Positions 26,101-32,000 of a stretch of DNA of 32,000 bases are shown here, in pieces. A model generated the notes under the pieces. That model had not been told where the DNA came from. It saw only the letters and a program-made list of their open reading frames with translations, and did not search any database. This DNA is from Inmirania thermothiophila (GTDB taxonomy: Bacteria > Pseudomonadota > Gammaproteobacteria > DSM-100275). The DNA lies in the NCBI RefSeq assembly GCF_003751635.1, contig NZ_RJVI01000001.1, positions 504,726-536,725 on the forward strand, written 5' to 3'. How positions within the stretch are numbered: position 1 is the stretch's first letter; the number at the start of each line of letters is the position of its first letter. The position numbers were made by a program, and so were the translations under genes.

Positions 26101-26332
26101 GCACGACACCGCCGGGAATGTGGCCGAGTGGGTGCAGGACTGCTATCACCCGAGCTACGAGGGGGCGCCTGCGGACGGGCGGCCCTGGGAGGAGCCGGGG
26201 TGCGCGGAGCGGGTCGTGCGCGGGGGCTCCTTCACCAGCGCCGCCAAGAACCTGCGCGTGACCGTGCGCGAGCGCTTCGCGCCCGACGTGCGGGCGGAGA
26301 ACATCGGCTTCCGGCTCGTGCGCCTGCGCTGA
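23171..26332 (+). CDS. Multidomain membrane protein, 1053 aa: degenerate cNMP-binding-like + canonical cNMP-binding + rhodanese + ~330-aa coiled coil + 1 TM + Pro-rich linker + FGE-sulfatase (SUMF1/PvdO-like) domain
   Basis: An internal ATG at 23171 lies in ORF 22364..26332. Approximate domains: cNMP-like 1 at nt 23240..23554; cNMP 2 at nt 23642..23965 (PBC 'GFGEEALVADERRNATV'); rhodanese at nt 24017..24241 (active-site loop 'YCDTGRRS', Cys328 codon 24152..24154); E/A/R-rich coiled coil at nt ~24323..25315; TM '[25 protein letters not shown]' at nt 25355..25429, preceded by RRR; Pro-rich linker at nt ~25448..25615; FGE-sulfatase at nt 25646..26329 ('RPAHEV', 'VSWEDAAAYAAWL', 'YRLPSEAQWEYAARAG', 'GLHDTAGNVAEW', 'RVVRGGSF', 'GFRLV'). 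Confidence 0.85.
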   Translation: MSGRASPSPGSRSVAGESRIDERLLGELVPVNGLSAGSRRQLAEKAELLALAPGDVLFRRGERDGRTLYLLEGEIELTDGRGGRVQVRAGTATARHPLAQHQPRQVTATARTPARVLAVETALLDMLLTWDQSPDHQYEVEEIAEDDGDWMTRMLQNRVFLKLPPANIQQIIMRMEDVRVRAGDVVVRQGEEGDYYYYIRKGRAVVLRRPSPGAPEVRLAELGEGDGFGEEALVADERRNATVRMLTDGHLMRLAKKDFVQLIRDPLQNAVDYYKGESIVASGGAWLDVRLPDEHANAHIAGSINIPLPALRLQLSRLQRGRPYVIYCDTGRRSAVAAFILSEKGYEAHVLAGGLQALPPEVFLSSARPHEEGPVVKPQAAAAPRAADEAAEALRRRAEEEAGRVLAEARRAAEEEARRLLEEARRAMEEVRAEQARARAEAERLAQLKETLEGERRALEEAAAAHTAARDAALTEARAEAERLRRRHDEMEAAWVASQQEVARLEEELARLREARAQAASDMDRARREADEARRGQEEAAAALRRRADEAEAARRELEALRERLEAVEAERERLAAEAGELRSATELEEALREAEAARARAEQRAAELERSLDEQQAEVRRLAAELAAATDRIHELEVEKEELWRARKEAEQEVAQARREAVEVIQRAHQEAEALKRELKAARSEAEEEIRRRLEAETSRLQAQLRSQVRAAERRGAAAARTPGRRRVAAALAVAVTAAVAAAVAAGALWAWRAGLVRLPDAADVAAPPAPPAEEPGRAGPQPAPEPRPAARAAPAPPRSAPPAEARARPGRRFRDPLRNGGLGPEMVEIPGGRFVMGSGEDEPYLNERPAHEVRLAAFAVGRTEVTFEDYDRFAQATGRPLPDDEGWGRGRQPVINVSWEDAAAYAAWLSQETGHVYRLPSEAQWEYAARAGTGGIYWWGSFIGVGNANCFNCGNPFDGARPVAVGSFPANPFGLHDTAGNVAEWVQDCYHPSYEGAPADGRPWEEPGCAERVVRGGSFTSAAKNLRVTVRERFAPDVRAENIGFRLVRLR

Positions 26333-26333
26333 G

Positions 26334-27206
26334 ATGGCGCGCGGGCCGATCCTCGTCGTGGGCAACGTGGTGGTGGACCTCGTCCTCGAGGTGGCGCCGC
26401 TGCCGCGCCCGGACGAGGAGGTGCGGGCGGATGGGGCCTGGCTCGACGTGGGCGGCAACGGCGCCAACGTCGCCCGCGTCCTCGCCGCCCTCGGCCGCGA
26501 GGTGGCGCTGGCGGCGGTGCTGCCGGGGCCGCCCTGGGAGGGGCTGGTGCGCGGGGCGCTGGCCGGGGTGGAGCTCGCGCACGCGCTGGCGGCACCCGGT
26601 CAGGCGCTGTCGGCGGTGCTCCTCGACCGCGGCGCCGGTACCCGCACCATCGTCCACCACCGCGCCCTGCCCGAATACCCCGCCGAGGCCCTCGCCGCGC
26701 TGGCCGGCCCCCGGTGGGGGTGGGCCCACATCGAGGCCCGCGACGGCCGCATCCAGGCGGGCCTTGTGGCGGGGCTGCGCGAGGCCGGGGTGGCGGTCTC
26801 GGTGGAGGTGGAGAAGGAGCGGCCGGGGCTCGAGGCGCTGCTCGCCGAGGCGGCGGTGGCGGTCTTCTCGCGCCCCTTCGCGGAGGGCCGCGGCGCGCGC
26901 GGGCCGGAGGATGCCGCGGCCCGCCTCGCGGGGCTCGCCCCGGGCGCGGTGGTGGTGGCGACCTGGGGGGCGGAGGGCTGCGCGGTGCGGCTCGCCGACG
27001 GCCGCGTGGTGCGGGTGGCGGGGGAGCCGGTGGCGGGTCCCGCCGACACCCTCGGCGCCGGCGACGTCTTCCAGGCCGGGCTCGTGGCCGCGCTGGCGCG
27101 GGGCGCGGACGCGGTGACGGCGGCGCGGGAAGGGGCGGCGCTCGCCGCGCGGCGCTGCCGCACGCGCGGCCTCGGCCGCTTCGTCGCCGCCCTGCGGGCC
27201 CGCTAG
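26334..27206 (+). CDS. PfkB-family carbohydrate/ribokinase-like kinase, 290 aa
   Basis: 'ILVVGNVVVDLVL', 'GGNGANVA' and the anion-hole/ATP motif 'DTLGAGDVFQAG' are present. It starts 1 nt after the upstream stop. Confidence 0.8.
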   Translation: MARGPILVVGNVVVDLVLEVAPLPRPDEEVRADGAWLDVGGNGANVARVLAALGREVALAAVLPGPPWEGLVRGALAGVELAHALAAPGQALSAVLLDRGAGTRTIVHHRALPEYPAEALAALAGPRWGWAHIEARDGRIQAGLVAGLREAGVAVSVEVEKERPGLEALLAEAAVAVFSRPFAEGRGARGPEDAAARLAGLAPGAVVVATWGAEGCAVRLADGRVVRVAGEPVAGPADTLGAGDVFQAGLVAALARGADAVTAAREGAALAARRCRTRGLGRFVAALRAR

Positions 27207-27209
27207 AAT
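27204..27209 (+). promoter_or_regulatory. Candidate -10 hexamer TAGAAT exactly 6 nt before ATG 27216 (possible leaderless transcript / internal promoter)
   Basis: The sequence reads cgcTAGAATcgtcccATG. No purine-rich SD precedes the ATG, and the hexamer includes the PfkB stop codon TAG. Confidence 0.35.
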
Positions 27210-27215
27210 CGTCCC

Positions 27216-27983
27216 ATGCCCGCCTCTGCCTCGCCCCTGCGTGCCGCCGCCATCGAGGTCCGCGGCCTGACCAAGCGCTACGGCGACGTGGTGGCCGTCG
27301 ACGGGGTCGGCTTCGGCATCGCGCACGGTACGGTGTGCGCGCTGCTCGGCGGCAACGGCGCGGGCAAGACCACGACCCTGGCGATGCTGCTCGGGCTGCT
27401 CGAGCCGAGCGCCGGCGAGGTGCGGGTGCTGGGCGCGGACATGCGCCGCGAGCGCCACCGCGTGCTGTCGCGGATGAACTTCTCCTCGCCCTACGTGGAC
27501 CTGCCCCAGCGGCTGACGGTGCGGGAGAATCTCACCGTCTTCGGCCATCTCTACGGGCTCGCGGACGTGCGCCGCCGCATCGAGGAGCTGGCGGAGCTGT
27601 TCGATCTCGGCCCGCTGCTGCATCGGCCCCACGGGACGCTCTCGGCCGGCCAGCGCACGCGGGTGGGGCTGGCCAAGGCGCTGCTGAACCGGCCCGAGGT
27701 GCTGCTCCTGGACGAGCCCACGGCCTCGCTCGACCCGGACACGGCGGACCGCCTGCGCGGGCTGCTGCTCCAGTACCGGCGCGAGAGCGGGGCGACGATC
27801 CTGCTCGCCTCCCACAACATGCCGGAGGTGGAGCGGCTGTGCGACCAGGTGCTGATGATGCGCGCCGGGAGCATCGTCGACCGCGGCACGCCGCGCGAGC
27901 TGCTGGCCCGCTACGGGCGGCGCGACCTCGAGGAGGTCTTCCTCGACATCGCCCGCGGCAGGCGCGCGGAGGCGGTGCCGTGA
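27216..27983 (+). CDS. ABC transporter ATP-binding protein (ABC-2 exporter type), 255 aa
   Basis: Walker A 'GGNGAGKTTT', signature variant 'LSAGQRTRV', Walker B 'VLLLDEPTASLD' and 'ASHNMPEVE' are present. Confidence 0.9.
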   Translation: MPASASPLRAAAIEVRGLTKRYGDVVAVDGVGFGIAHGTVCALLGGNGAGKTTTLAMLLGLLEPSAGEVRVLGADMRRERHRVLSRMNFSSPYVDLPQRLTVRENLTVFGHLYGLADVRRRIEELAELFDLGPLLHRPHGTLSAGQRTRVGLAKALLNRPEVLLLDEPTASLDPDTADRLRGLLLQYRRESGATILLASHNMPEVERLCDQVLMMRAGSIVDRGTPRELLARYGRRDLEEVFLDIARGRRAEAVP

Positions 27984-28780
27984 GGGGGTCGCCGGCGCGC
28001 CGGGTGGCCGCCATGGTGCTGCGCTACCTCTACCTCATGCGCCGCTCCTGGCCGCGGCTGCTCGAGCTCGCCTACTGGCCGACGGTGCAGATGGTGCTGT
28101 GGGGCTTCATCACCCGCTTCCTGCTCACCAACAGCACCTGGCTGGTGCAGGCGGCGGGGGCGCTGATCGCGGCGGTGCTGCTCTGGGAGGTGCTCTTCCG
28201 CGGCCAGCTCGGCGTCTCCCTCGCCTTCATGGAGGAGATGCACTCGCGCAATCTGGGCCACCTCTTCGTCAGCCCCCTGCGCCCGCAGGAGCTGGTGGCG
28301 GCCTTCCTCGTCATCAGCCTCGTGCGCACCTTGATCGGCGTCGGCACCGCGGCGCTGCTGGCCATCCCCCTCTACCACTACTCGATCTTCTCCATGGGGC
28401 CGGCCCTGGTGGCCTTCTTCGCCTGCCTCCTGGTGATGGGCTGGGCCATCGGCCTGATGGTCTCCGCCCTCGTGCTGCGCTACGGCCTCGGCGCCGAGAG
28501 CATGGCCTGGGTGGCCATCTTCGCGGTCGCCCCGGTGAGCGGGATCTACTACCCCGTCTCGGTGCTTCCCGAGTGGCTGCGTCCGGTGGCCTGGGTGCTG
28601 CCCTCGAGCCACGTCTTCGAGGGGATGCGTGCGCTGCTGTTCGAGGCCCGCTTCGACGCCGGCCTCATGGGCACGGCGCTCCTCCTCGACGCCCTCTGGC
28701 TCGCCCTCGGCGCGGGCCTCTTCCTCGCCGCCTTCCGCGTCGCCCGCCGCGACGGGCTGCTGCTGCGTGTGGGAGAATAG
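27980..28780 (+). CDS. ABC-2 family transporter permease, ~266 aa
   Basis: GTG 27980 overlaps the ATPase stop (GTGA), and an alternative ATG lies at 28013. The protein is polytopic and hydrophobic ('YWPTVQMVLWGFIT', 'VAPVSGIYYPVSVLPEWL', 'LPSSHVFEGMR'). Confidence 0.8.
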   Translation: MRGSPARRVAAMVLRYLYLMRRSWPRLLELAYWPTVQMVLWGFITRFLLTNSTWLVQAAGALIAAVLLWEVLFRGQLGVSLAFMEEMHSRNLGHLFVSPLRPQELVAAFLVISLVRTLIGVGTAALLAIPLYHYSIFSMGPALVAFFACLLVMGWAIGLMVSALVLRYGLGAESMAWVAIFAVAPVSGIYYPVSVLPEWLRPVAWVLPSSHVFEGMRALLFEARFDAGLMGTALLLDALWLALGAGLFLAAFRVARRDGLLLRVGE

Positions 28781-28815
28781 GCGCGGGAGACGTCTCGTTG
28801 CACGGGAGAGGATCG

Positions 28816-29337
28816 ATGCAGCGGATGCGTTGCTTGGCGCTCATGCTCGGTCTCGCGGCCGCGGGCGCGGCATGGGCGGGACCCTACGAGGACGGGGTGG
28901 CTGCCTTCACGCGCGGCGACTACCAACGCGCCTTCGCCCTCTTCAAGCCGCTGGCCGACGCGGGGGATGCGCGGGCGCAGGTGCGGCTCGGCATCATGTA
29001 CTTCAACGGCCAGGGGGTGGCGGAGGACGAGGGCGAGGCCCTGCGCTGGTTCCGCAGCGCCGCCGAGGCCGGGGACGCCGACGGCGCCTTCCGGCTGGGC
29101 TATCTCTACGCCTACGGCTACGCCGAGCCCGAGGAGGGCACCGCGCAGGAGGCGGCGGCGCGCTGGTATCGGCGGGCGGCCGAGCAGGGCCACGCCGATG
29201 CGGCCTTCCAGCTCGGGCTCCTCTATCTCACGGGCAGCGGCATCGACAAGGACCCCGAGGAGGGCATGCGCTGGATCCGCCGCGCCGCCGAGGCCGGCCT
29301 CAAGGAGGCGCGGGACTTCGTCGGCGACTACCGGTAG
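28816..29337 (+). CDS. Sel1-repeat (SLR/TPR-like) periplasmic protein, 173 aa
   Basis: An internal ATG at 28816 has SD GGGAGAGGA upstream. The signal peptide is '[16 protein letters not shown]'. It is followed by 3-4 Sel1 repeats ('[33 protein letters not shown]', '[33 protein letters not shown]'). Confidence 0.85.
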   Translation: MQRMRCLALMLGLAAAGAAWAGPYEDGVAAFTRGDYQRAFALFKPLADAGDARAQVRLGIMYFNGQGVAEDEGEALRWFRSAAEAGDADGAFRLGYLYAYGYAEPEEGTAQEAAARWYRRAAEQGHADAAFQLGLLYLTGSGIDKDPEEGMRWIRRAAEAGLKEARDFVGDYR

Positions 29338-30022
29338 CCGGCGCCCGGGGCGGCGAGGCCAGGCGGTGGGCCTGCCGCGTGGTCTCGGGCAGGCGGTAGC
29401 GCGGGGCGCAGCGCAGCACCCAGTCCACCGCGCTGGCGAGCGAGATCCGGTGACCGATGGAGACATAGAGGGGGCGCACGCCGTCGCGCGTGCGGACCAC
29501 GGCGCCGATCACCTCCTCGCCCTCGGTGAGGGGGACCCAGGCGCCGCGCCGGGGCGGGAGCGGGCCGTGCGTCCCCACGAGGCGCGACTTGGCGACGCCG
29601 ATCGCGGGCAGGTCCAGGACGAGGCCCAGGTGGCAGGCGAGGCCGAAGCGGCGGGGGTGCGCAAGCCCCTGGCCGTCGCAGAGGACGAGATGCGGCCACT
29701 GCCGCAGCGCCGCCATCGCCTCCAGCACCGCGGGTATCTCGCGGAAGGACAGCAGCCCCGGGACGTAGGGGAAGGTGGTGGGCCGGCGCGCGAGCGCCTG
29801 ATCCACCGGCTCCAGCCCGGGCCAGGACAGCACCGCCACCGCGGCGCGGGTGACGCCACCGGCCGCCTCGAAGCCGACGTCGATGCCGGCGACGAGGCGG
29901 ATCTCGCCGAGGCGGTCCTCGCGCACCACCCGTGGCGCGAGCGCCCGCTGGATGGCCGCCGCCTCGGCGGGATCGACGTCCCAGTCATGGAGGGGGCGGA
30001 TGCGCCGGCGCTGCGACGGCAC
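29300..30022 (-). CDS. nfi: Endonuclease V (deoxyinosine 3' endonuclease), 240 aa
   Basis: It starts at GTG 30022. 'IAGIDVGFE', '[13 protein letters not shown]', '[18 protein letters not shown]', 'IGVAKS' and '[10 protein letters not shown]' are collinear with E. coli Nfi. The 3' end overlaps the Sel1 gene by 38 bp (convergent). Confidence 0.85.
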   Translation of the reverse strand: MPSQRRRIRPLHDWDVDPAEAAAIQRALAPRVVREDRLGEIRLVAGIDVGFEAAGGVTRAAVAVLSWPGLEPVDQALARRPTTFPYVPGLLSFREIPAVLEAMAALRQWPHLVLCDGQGLAHPRRFGLACHLGLVLDLPAIGVAKSRLVGTHGPLPPRRGAWVPLTEGEEVIGAVVRTRDGVRPLYVSIGHRISLASAVDWVLRCAPRYRLPETTRQAHRLASPPRAPATGSRRRSPAPP

Positions 30023-30039
30023 GGGTCCTCGCCGCGGCC

Positions 30040-31092
30040 TCAGGGGCAGGGGTTGGGGTGGCGGCGGTGGATGGCCTCGATGCCCTCCAGGACCTCGGGG
30101 GGCAGGACGAGGTCCTCCGCGCCCAGGTTCTCCTCCAGCTGCGCCAGGGTCGTGGCGCCGATGATGGCGGCGGTGACGAAGGGCCGCGACAGCACGTAGG
30201 CGAGGGCCATCTGCGCCGGCGAGAGGCCGTGCTCGCGGGCGAGGGCCACGTAGGCGCGGGTGGCGGCCTCGCCCTCCGGGGTGCTGTAGCGGGTGTAGCG
30301 GGCGCGGTCCTCGAACAGGGTCAGGCGCGCCCCCGGCGGACGGGCGCCGTCGAGGTACTTGCCCGTGAGCACGCCGAAGGCGAGCGGCGAGTAGGCGAGC
30401 AGACCCACCCCCTCGCGGTGGGCGATCTCCGCGAGCCCCACCTCGAAGCTGCGGTTGAGCAGGCTGTAGGGGTTCTGGATCGAGACGATGCGGGGAAGCC
30501 CGAGCCGCTCGGCGGCGCGCAGGTAGCGCATGACGCCCCAGGGGGTCTCGTTGGAGACGCCGACCCAGCGGACCTTGCCGGCGCGGACCAGCTCCTCCAG
30601 CGCGGCCAGGGTCTCCTCGATGGGGGTCTCGTCCGCGTCGGGCGCGTGCTCGTAGCCGAGGCGGCCGAAGAAGTTGGTGTGGCGGTCGGGCCAGTGGAGC
30701 TGGTAGAGGTCCACGTGGTCGGTGCCCAGGCGGCGCAGGCTGTCGTCGATGGCGCGGTGGATGTGGCTGCGGGTCAGGCGCGGGCTGCCGTCGCGGATCC
30801 AGGGCAGCCAGTCGGCCCGGCCGCTGACCTTGGTCGCGAGCACGATGCGCCCGCGCATGCCGGGGCGGCGGTGCAGCCAGCTGCCGATGATGGCCTCGGT
30901 GCGGCCCTGGGTCTCGGCCGCCGGCGGGATGGGGTACATCTCGGCGGTGTCGATGAGGTTGACGCCGGCATCCACGGCGCGGTCGAGCTGGGCGTGGGCC
31001 TCGGCCTCGCTGTTCTGCTCGCCGAAGGTCATGGTCCCGAGCGCGATGCGCCCGACGCGGATGCCGGTCTCGCCCAGGGGGCGCAGTTCCAT
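30040..31092 (-). CDS. NADP(H)-dependent aldo-keto reductase (Tas-like), 350 aa
   Basis: An internal ATG at 31092 lies in ORF 30040..31728, with SD GAGGAGG upstream. 'LGTMTFG', 'IDTAEMY', 'DLYQLHWPD', 'GVSNETPWG' and '[10 protein letters not shown]' are AKR signatures. Confidence 0.9.
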   Translation of the reverse strand: MELRPLGETGIRVGRIALGTMTFGEQNSEAEAHAQLDRAVDAGVNLIDTAEMYPIPPAAETQGRTEAIIGSWLHRRPGMRGRIVLATKVSGRADWLPWIRDGSPRLTRSHIHRAIDDSLRRLGTDHVDLYQLHWPDRHTNFFGRLGYEHAPDADETPIEETLAALEELVRAGKVRWVGVSNETPWGVMRYLRAAERLGLPRIVSIQNPYSLLNRSFEVGLAEIAHREGVGLLAYSPLAFGVLTGKYLDGARPPGARLTLFEDRARYTRYSTPEGEAATRAYVALAREHGLSPAQMALAYVLSRPFVTAAIIGATTLAQLEENLGAEDLVLPPEVLEGIEAIHRRHPNPCP

Positions 31093-31164
31093 CGGGGTCC
31101 TCCTCGGCCTTGCGGTGATGCCCGGCGGGCCGTCCGGCCGCCTCGGGGACCCCAGTGTAGCGCA

Positions 31165-31188
31165 GCCGCCCCCGCTGCCGGGGGCGGC
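31165..31188 (-). terminator. GC hairpin downstream of phosphoribulokinase (10-bp stem, 4-nt loop)
   Basis: gccgcccccg-ctgc-cgggggcggc is a perfect inverted repeat. On the minus strand it is followed by tgcgcTACACTgggg, a possible -10 for the AKR gene, with no U-tract. Confidence 0.4.
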
Positions 31189-31196
31189 CGCCCGCG

Positions 31197-32000
31197 TCAG
31201 AGCTCGCGCCGGCGCCGCTCCATCATCTCGTGGATGATGGGGGTGAGGATGATCTCCATCGCCAGGCCCATCTTGCCGCCGGGGACGACGATCGTGTTGC
31301 GCCGCGACATGAAGGAGTCGTGGAGCATCGCCAGCAGGTACGGGAAGTCGATCCCGAACTTCTTCGGGTCGCGGAAGCGGATCACCACGAAGCTCTCGTC
31401 CGGCGTGGGGATGTCGCGGGCGATGAAGGGGTTCGAGGTGTCCACTGTGGGCACGCGCTGGAAGTTGATGTCGGTGCGCGAGAACTGCGGCGTGATGTAG
31501 TGCACGTAGTCGTGCATCCGCCGCAGGATGGTGTCGGTGACCGCCTCCGGCGAGTAGCCGCGGCTCTTGCAGTCGCGGTGGATCTTCTGGATCCACTCCA
31601 GGTTGACCACCGGGACCACACCGATGAGCAGGTCCACCCACTGCGCGACGTTGACCTCGTCGGTGACCACGCCGCCGTGCAGGCCCTCGTAGAACAGCAG
31701 GTCGCTGCCCTCGGGGATGGGCTCCCACGGGGTGAAGGTGCCGGGCGGCTGGCCCCAGGGGGCGGCCTCCTCCTCGTTGTGGAGATAGTAGCGGCGCTGG
31801 CCGGTGCCGGTCTCGCTGTACTGGCGGAACAGCTCCTCGAGCTTGTCGAGGATGTTGGCGGCAGGGCCGAAGTGGCTGAACGGGATGCCCTTCCGCTCGG
31901 CCTCCTTGACCTTCTCCCGCATCTCGTTGCGGTCGTAGCGGTGGAAGCTGTCGCCCTCGATCACCACCGCGTCGATGCCCTCGCGGTAGAAGATGTGCTC
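31197..32000 (-). CDS. prkB: Phosphoribulokinase (partial; N-terminus lies beyond the window end)
   Basis: '[31 protein letters not shown]...[18 protein letters not shown]...LFYEGLHGG...[11 protein letters not shown]...RGYS.EAV' is typical of bacterial class I PRK (CbbP/PrkB). The reading frame stays open to position 32000. Confidence 0.9.
   Translation of the reverse strand, partial: EHIFYREGIDAVVIEGDSFHRYDRNEMREKVKEAERKGIPFSHFGPAANILDKLEELFRQYSETGTGQRRYYLHNEEEAAPWGQPPGTFTPWEPIPEGSDLLFYEGLHGGVVTDEVNVAQWVDLLIGVVPVVNLEWIQKIHRDCKSRGYSPEAVTDTILRRMHDYVHYITPQFSRTDINFQRVPTVDTSNPFIARDIPTPDESFVVIRFRDPKKFGIDFPYLLAMLHDSFMSRRNTIVVPGGKMGLAMEIILTPIIHEMMERRRREL

Noticed and set aside
22652-26467. A 1271-aa minus-strand ORF lies antisense to the multidomain cNMP/FGE gene. 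ORFs 24025..25152(+), 24205..25683(-) and 25420..27117(+) were considered alongside it.
   Set aside because: The translations are Arg/Pro/Gly/Ala-rich junk. The plus-strand frame starting at 23171 contains five independently recognisable domains. The GAG/GCG/CGG-rich coiled-coil DNA lacks stops in several frames.
28787-28796. A palindrome GAGACGTCTC lies between the ABC-2 permease and the Sel1 gene, with a nearby TGgGAGAAT (28770..28778) that is extended -10-like.
   Set aside because: The palindrome is 5+5 bp with no loop and no supporting context. The hexamer GAGAAT is a weak -10 match that overlaps the permease's last codons. The evidence is not enough to call a feature.

Overview
The window is very GC-rich (roughly 72-75% by eye) and densely coded on both strands. 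It looks like ordinary chromosome, not a mobile island. I support about 34 protein-coding genes and found no rRNA, tRNA, CRISPR array, transposase or integrase. The high GC produces many long spurious alternate-frame and antisense ORFs with Arg/Pro/Gly/Ala-rich translations, which I rejected.

Gene content, left to right:
- sixA-like phosphatase, hotdog thioesterase, zapE, ygiD-like extradiol dioxygenase
- ppsR, a lower-GC lipoprotein gene, then a second ppsR paralog coupled to a NodIJ-like ABC-2 exporter
- HNH endonuclease and a stand-alone dsrC (Cys-X10-Cys)
- an archaeal-type (Pab1020/Rnl3-like) RNA ligase, tail-to-tail with a PIN-domain 'RNA ligase partner' (MJ_0950-like)
- NRDE/TANGO2-like protein coupled to an alpha/beta-hydrolase-OsmC fusion
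- a four-gene MacAB-like exporter (adaptor, ATPase, two FtsX permeases)
- moaB, DUF3179 protein, FabI-like SDR, TerB-family protein, HU-like protein with a basic N-terminal tail, GGT-family protein
- a 1053-aa multidomain membrane protein (cNMP-binding x2, rhodanese, ~330-aa coiled coil, TM helix, periplasmic FGE-sulfatase domain), followed by a PfkB kinase, a second ABC-2 exporter and a Sel1-repeat protein
- endonuclease V, aldo-keto reductase, and a partial phosphoribulokinase

dsrC plus phosphoribulokinase at this GC content suggests a sulfur-oxidizing, CBB-cycle autotrophic Gammaproteobacterium (Chromatiales/Ectothiorhodospiraceae-like). This is inference only.

Most interesting:
1. The RNA ligase/PIN partner pair, with an FNR/FixK-type box in the dsrC/ligase divergent promoter region.
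2. The cNMP-rhodanese-coiled-coil-TM-FGE protein, its putative five-gene operon, and the 11-4-11 palindrome upstream that carries TACAAT on both strands.
3. The duplicated ppsR genes flanking a repeat-bearing lipoprotein.
4. Candidate leaderless and extended -10 promoters, and a 30-codon hydrophobic antisense ORF.

All homology statements rest on motif recognition by eye. No database search was run.
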